Source of the DNA: Podarcis pityusensis
Taxonomy: Eukaryota
Direction: 5' to 3' (one strand)
Assembly (NCBI GenBank): GCA_964106645.2
Contig: OZ067042.1
Length of the DNA stretch: 64,000 nucleotides
Shown here piece by piece: positions 62,522 to 64,000 of this stretch (the stretch's first letter is position 1; every line of letters starts with the position of its first letter). Below the pieces are notes generated by a model, which worked only from the letters and a program-made list of their open reading frames with translations, ran no database searches and was not told the origin of the DNA. The translations under genes were made by a program, and so were the position numbers.

Positions 62522-64000
62522 TATTATCATTATTTGTATTCCCTTTCTCCAAAAATAAAGGCTCAAGGTGATTTACCCAAAAGATAAGGAATTGAGTCCA
62601 TTCCTCTTCGACCCACTAGAGGGTCTTGTTCACTAGAGACACCACTTTGGTTATCAGGAATTAACTCCCCCCCGCCCAATAAATAAATATATCTATATGT
62701 CGTATATGTTTTAAATCAGCAACCATAAATGCATTTGGAATTCAGCATGCTAGCAATGACCCTCAACATTATATGTTTAGAAGGCTAAGTTATTGTCAGT
62801 TCAGCACTTATTCTTTGCTTTGTTAATTCCACTTAAGTATGTACTTGACTCCACTTTACGAGGGTAGTTATTGCACTTTAATTAAATGCCAACTACTTAC
62901 TAAAAACATATTTACTGATGTGCAACAACCATGCATTGTTGTCCATCTCATTACCTGATTGCCAAAGCTCATTACATGTTGGTACTCAGGCAGGGAAACA
63001 AAGAGTGGAGAGAGGAAGAACTTGTTTGGAAATCACAATTTCTAGTTGTGTGAGAGATGAACAGAAGGTTGTTCTTATGAACGGTAACTGATAAGCAGGT
63101 ATTTTAAAGCTGAAATTCACACATCCTATTGAATTTCATCCTATTGTAATTTATGTGAAATTTATATTTCACAATATAAAAAGTACCAAGCCACCTGGAT
63201 TCTACTAGTGGTAGGTGGCACCATTGGGGTGGGGTGGGGGATGAGTCCAGCAAAACAGGCTTTGATGTGGTTTGCTTGCCTCATGATCAGGGGATTACTC
63301 CTGAGTTCAGGCTTCTTGATGGCCACAATGAGAACAGAATACTAAAATAAGTCTTTAGTCTTATTTAGCAAGGCTCTTCTTTTGTACTTCTCTCTCTTTC
63401 TGGATCAATGCCAGAGTTATTTTTAGCATGTTATTTTTATTCTCTTGTTCATATCAAAAATAGGTGACAAAAGGCGTGATAGGATGGGGATGGGGTTCCT
63501 GCCAGAGGGTTTGTTAAATGCTGCTTCAGCTTTAATTCGTTACCTGCGTAACTTGTCAAGTCAGCAGAGTGCCATAGCCCTTCAAAATGGCAACTGCTAT
63601 TCTCGCTTTCCACTCAGTGATGCTAATGATTGGAGACTGCATCTGAATGCATCCCCCTTATCTCTTGATCAGTGGAGGTGCTGGATATTATGGAGAGAGA
63701 CATATCCTAAATAGGCTCACAGATGTGCAGAACAATAAACCACTACATTGCACATCACGCCTAAGTACTGTGTTCTTGGATTTTAAACCTTGAATGGATT
63801 ATAGTACCAAGAACCTCTGTGAAGCTAATGGTTTCAGGACAAGAAAGGTGCTCCATTTGCCATTCTCACTGTCTCTGATCTTTCTGATGGACCATCTAGA
63901 GAAGACAGGGGTTGATCTGGCAAGACCGAATTCAGATTCTCAAGGCCACAGCCTCTAGCTGCCCAGTGACTGAAACATTGTTGCACCCAGCATTTAAGAA

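Noticed and set aside
61567-64000. Next upstream SORCS1 exon (expected to end near ...SSDAGNTWRQ)
   Set aside because: No matching sequence found; the donor-like site near 63543 does not translate to SORCS1, so the exon is presumably beyond the window

Overview
Vertebrate genomic DNA, not prokaryotic. Sauria SINEs, BovB, CR1, L2 and Penelope-type remnants point to a squamate, probably a lacertid lizard (inference). The window holds the 3' half of SORCS1 (VPS10-domain receptor) on the minus strand. I traced 15 coding exons between 61566 and 1521 by hand; all have GT-AG boundaries and matching phases (1857 nt including stop, 618 aa). They cover the end of the VPS10 propeller, the 10CC module, the PKD/SoMP region, the transmembrane helix and alternative cytoplasmic tails; the 5' exons lie beyond 64000. 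Introns are dense in TEs and microsatellites. Best leads: (1) a cytoplasmic-tail splice cassette with an intron-retention tail carrying overlapping YxxPhi/DxxLL motifs, a c tail, a spliced longer tail ending CINV and a frameshifted counterpart of the mammalian b exon; (2) a young L1 about 50 nt from a splice donor that supplies an in-frame stop plus AATAAA before the TM exon; (3) an 827-bp CpG-rich non-autonomous hAT with a perfect 8-bp TSD; (4) a Penelope hairpin lacking its hammerhead core. Mammalian comparisons and TE family names are from memory, not database searches. I found no clear evidence of a wholly new gene system.
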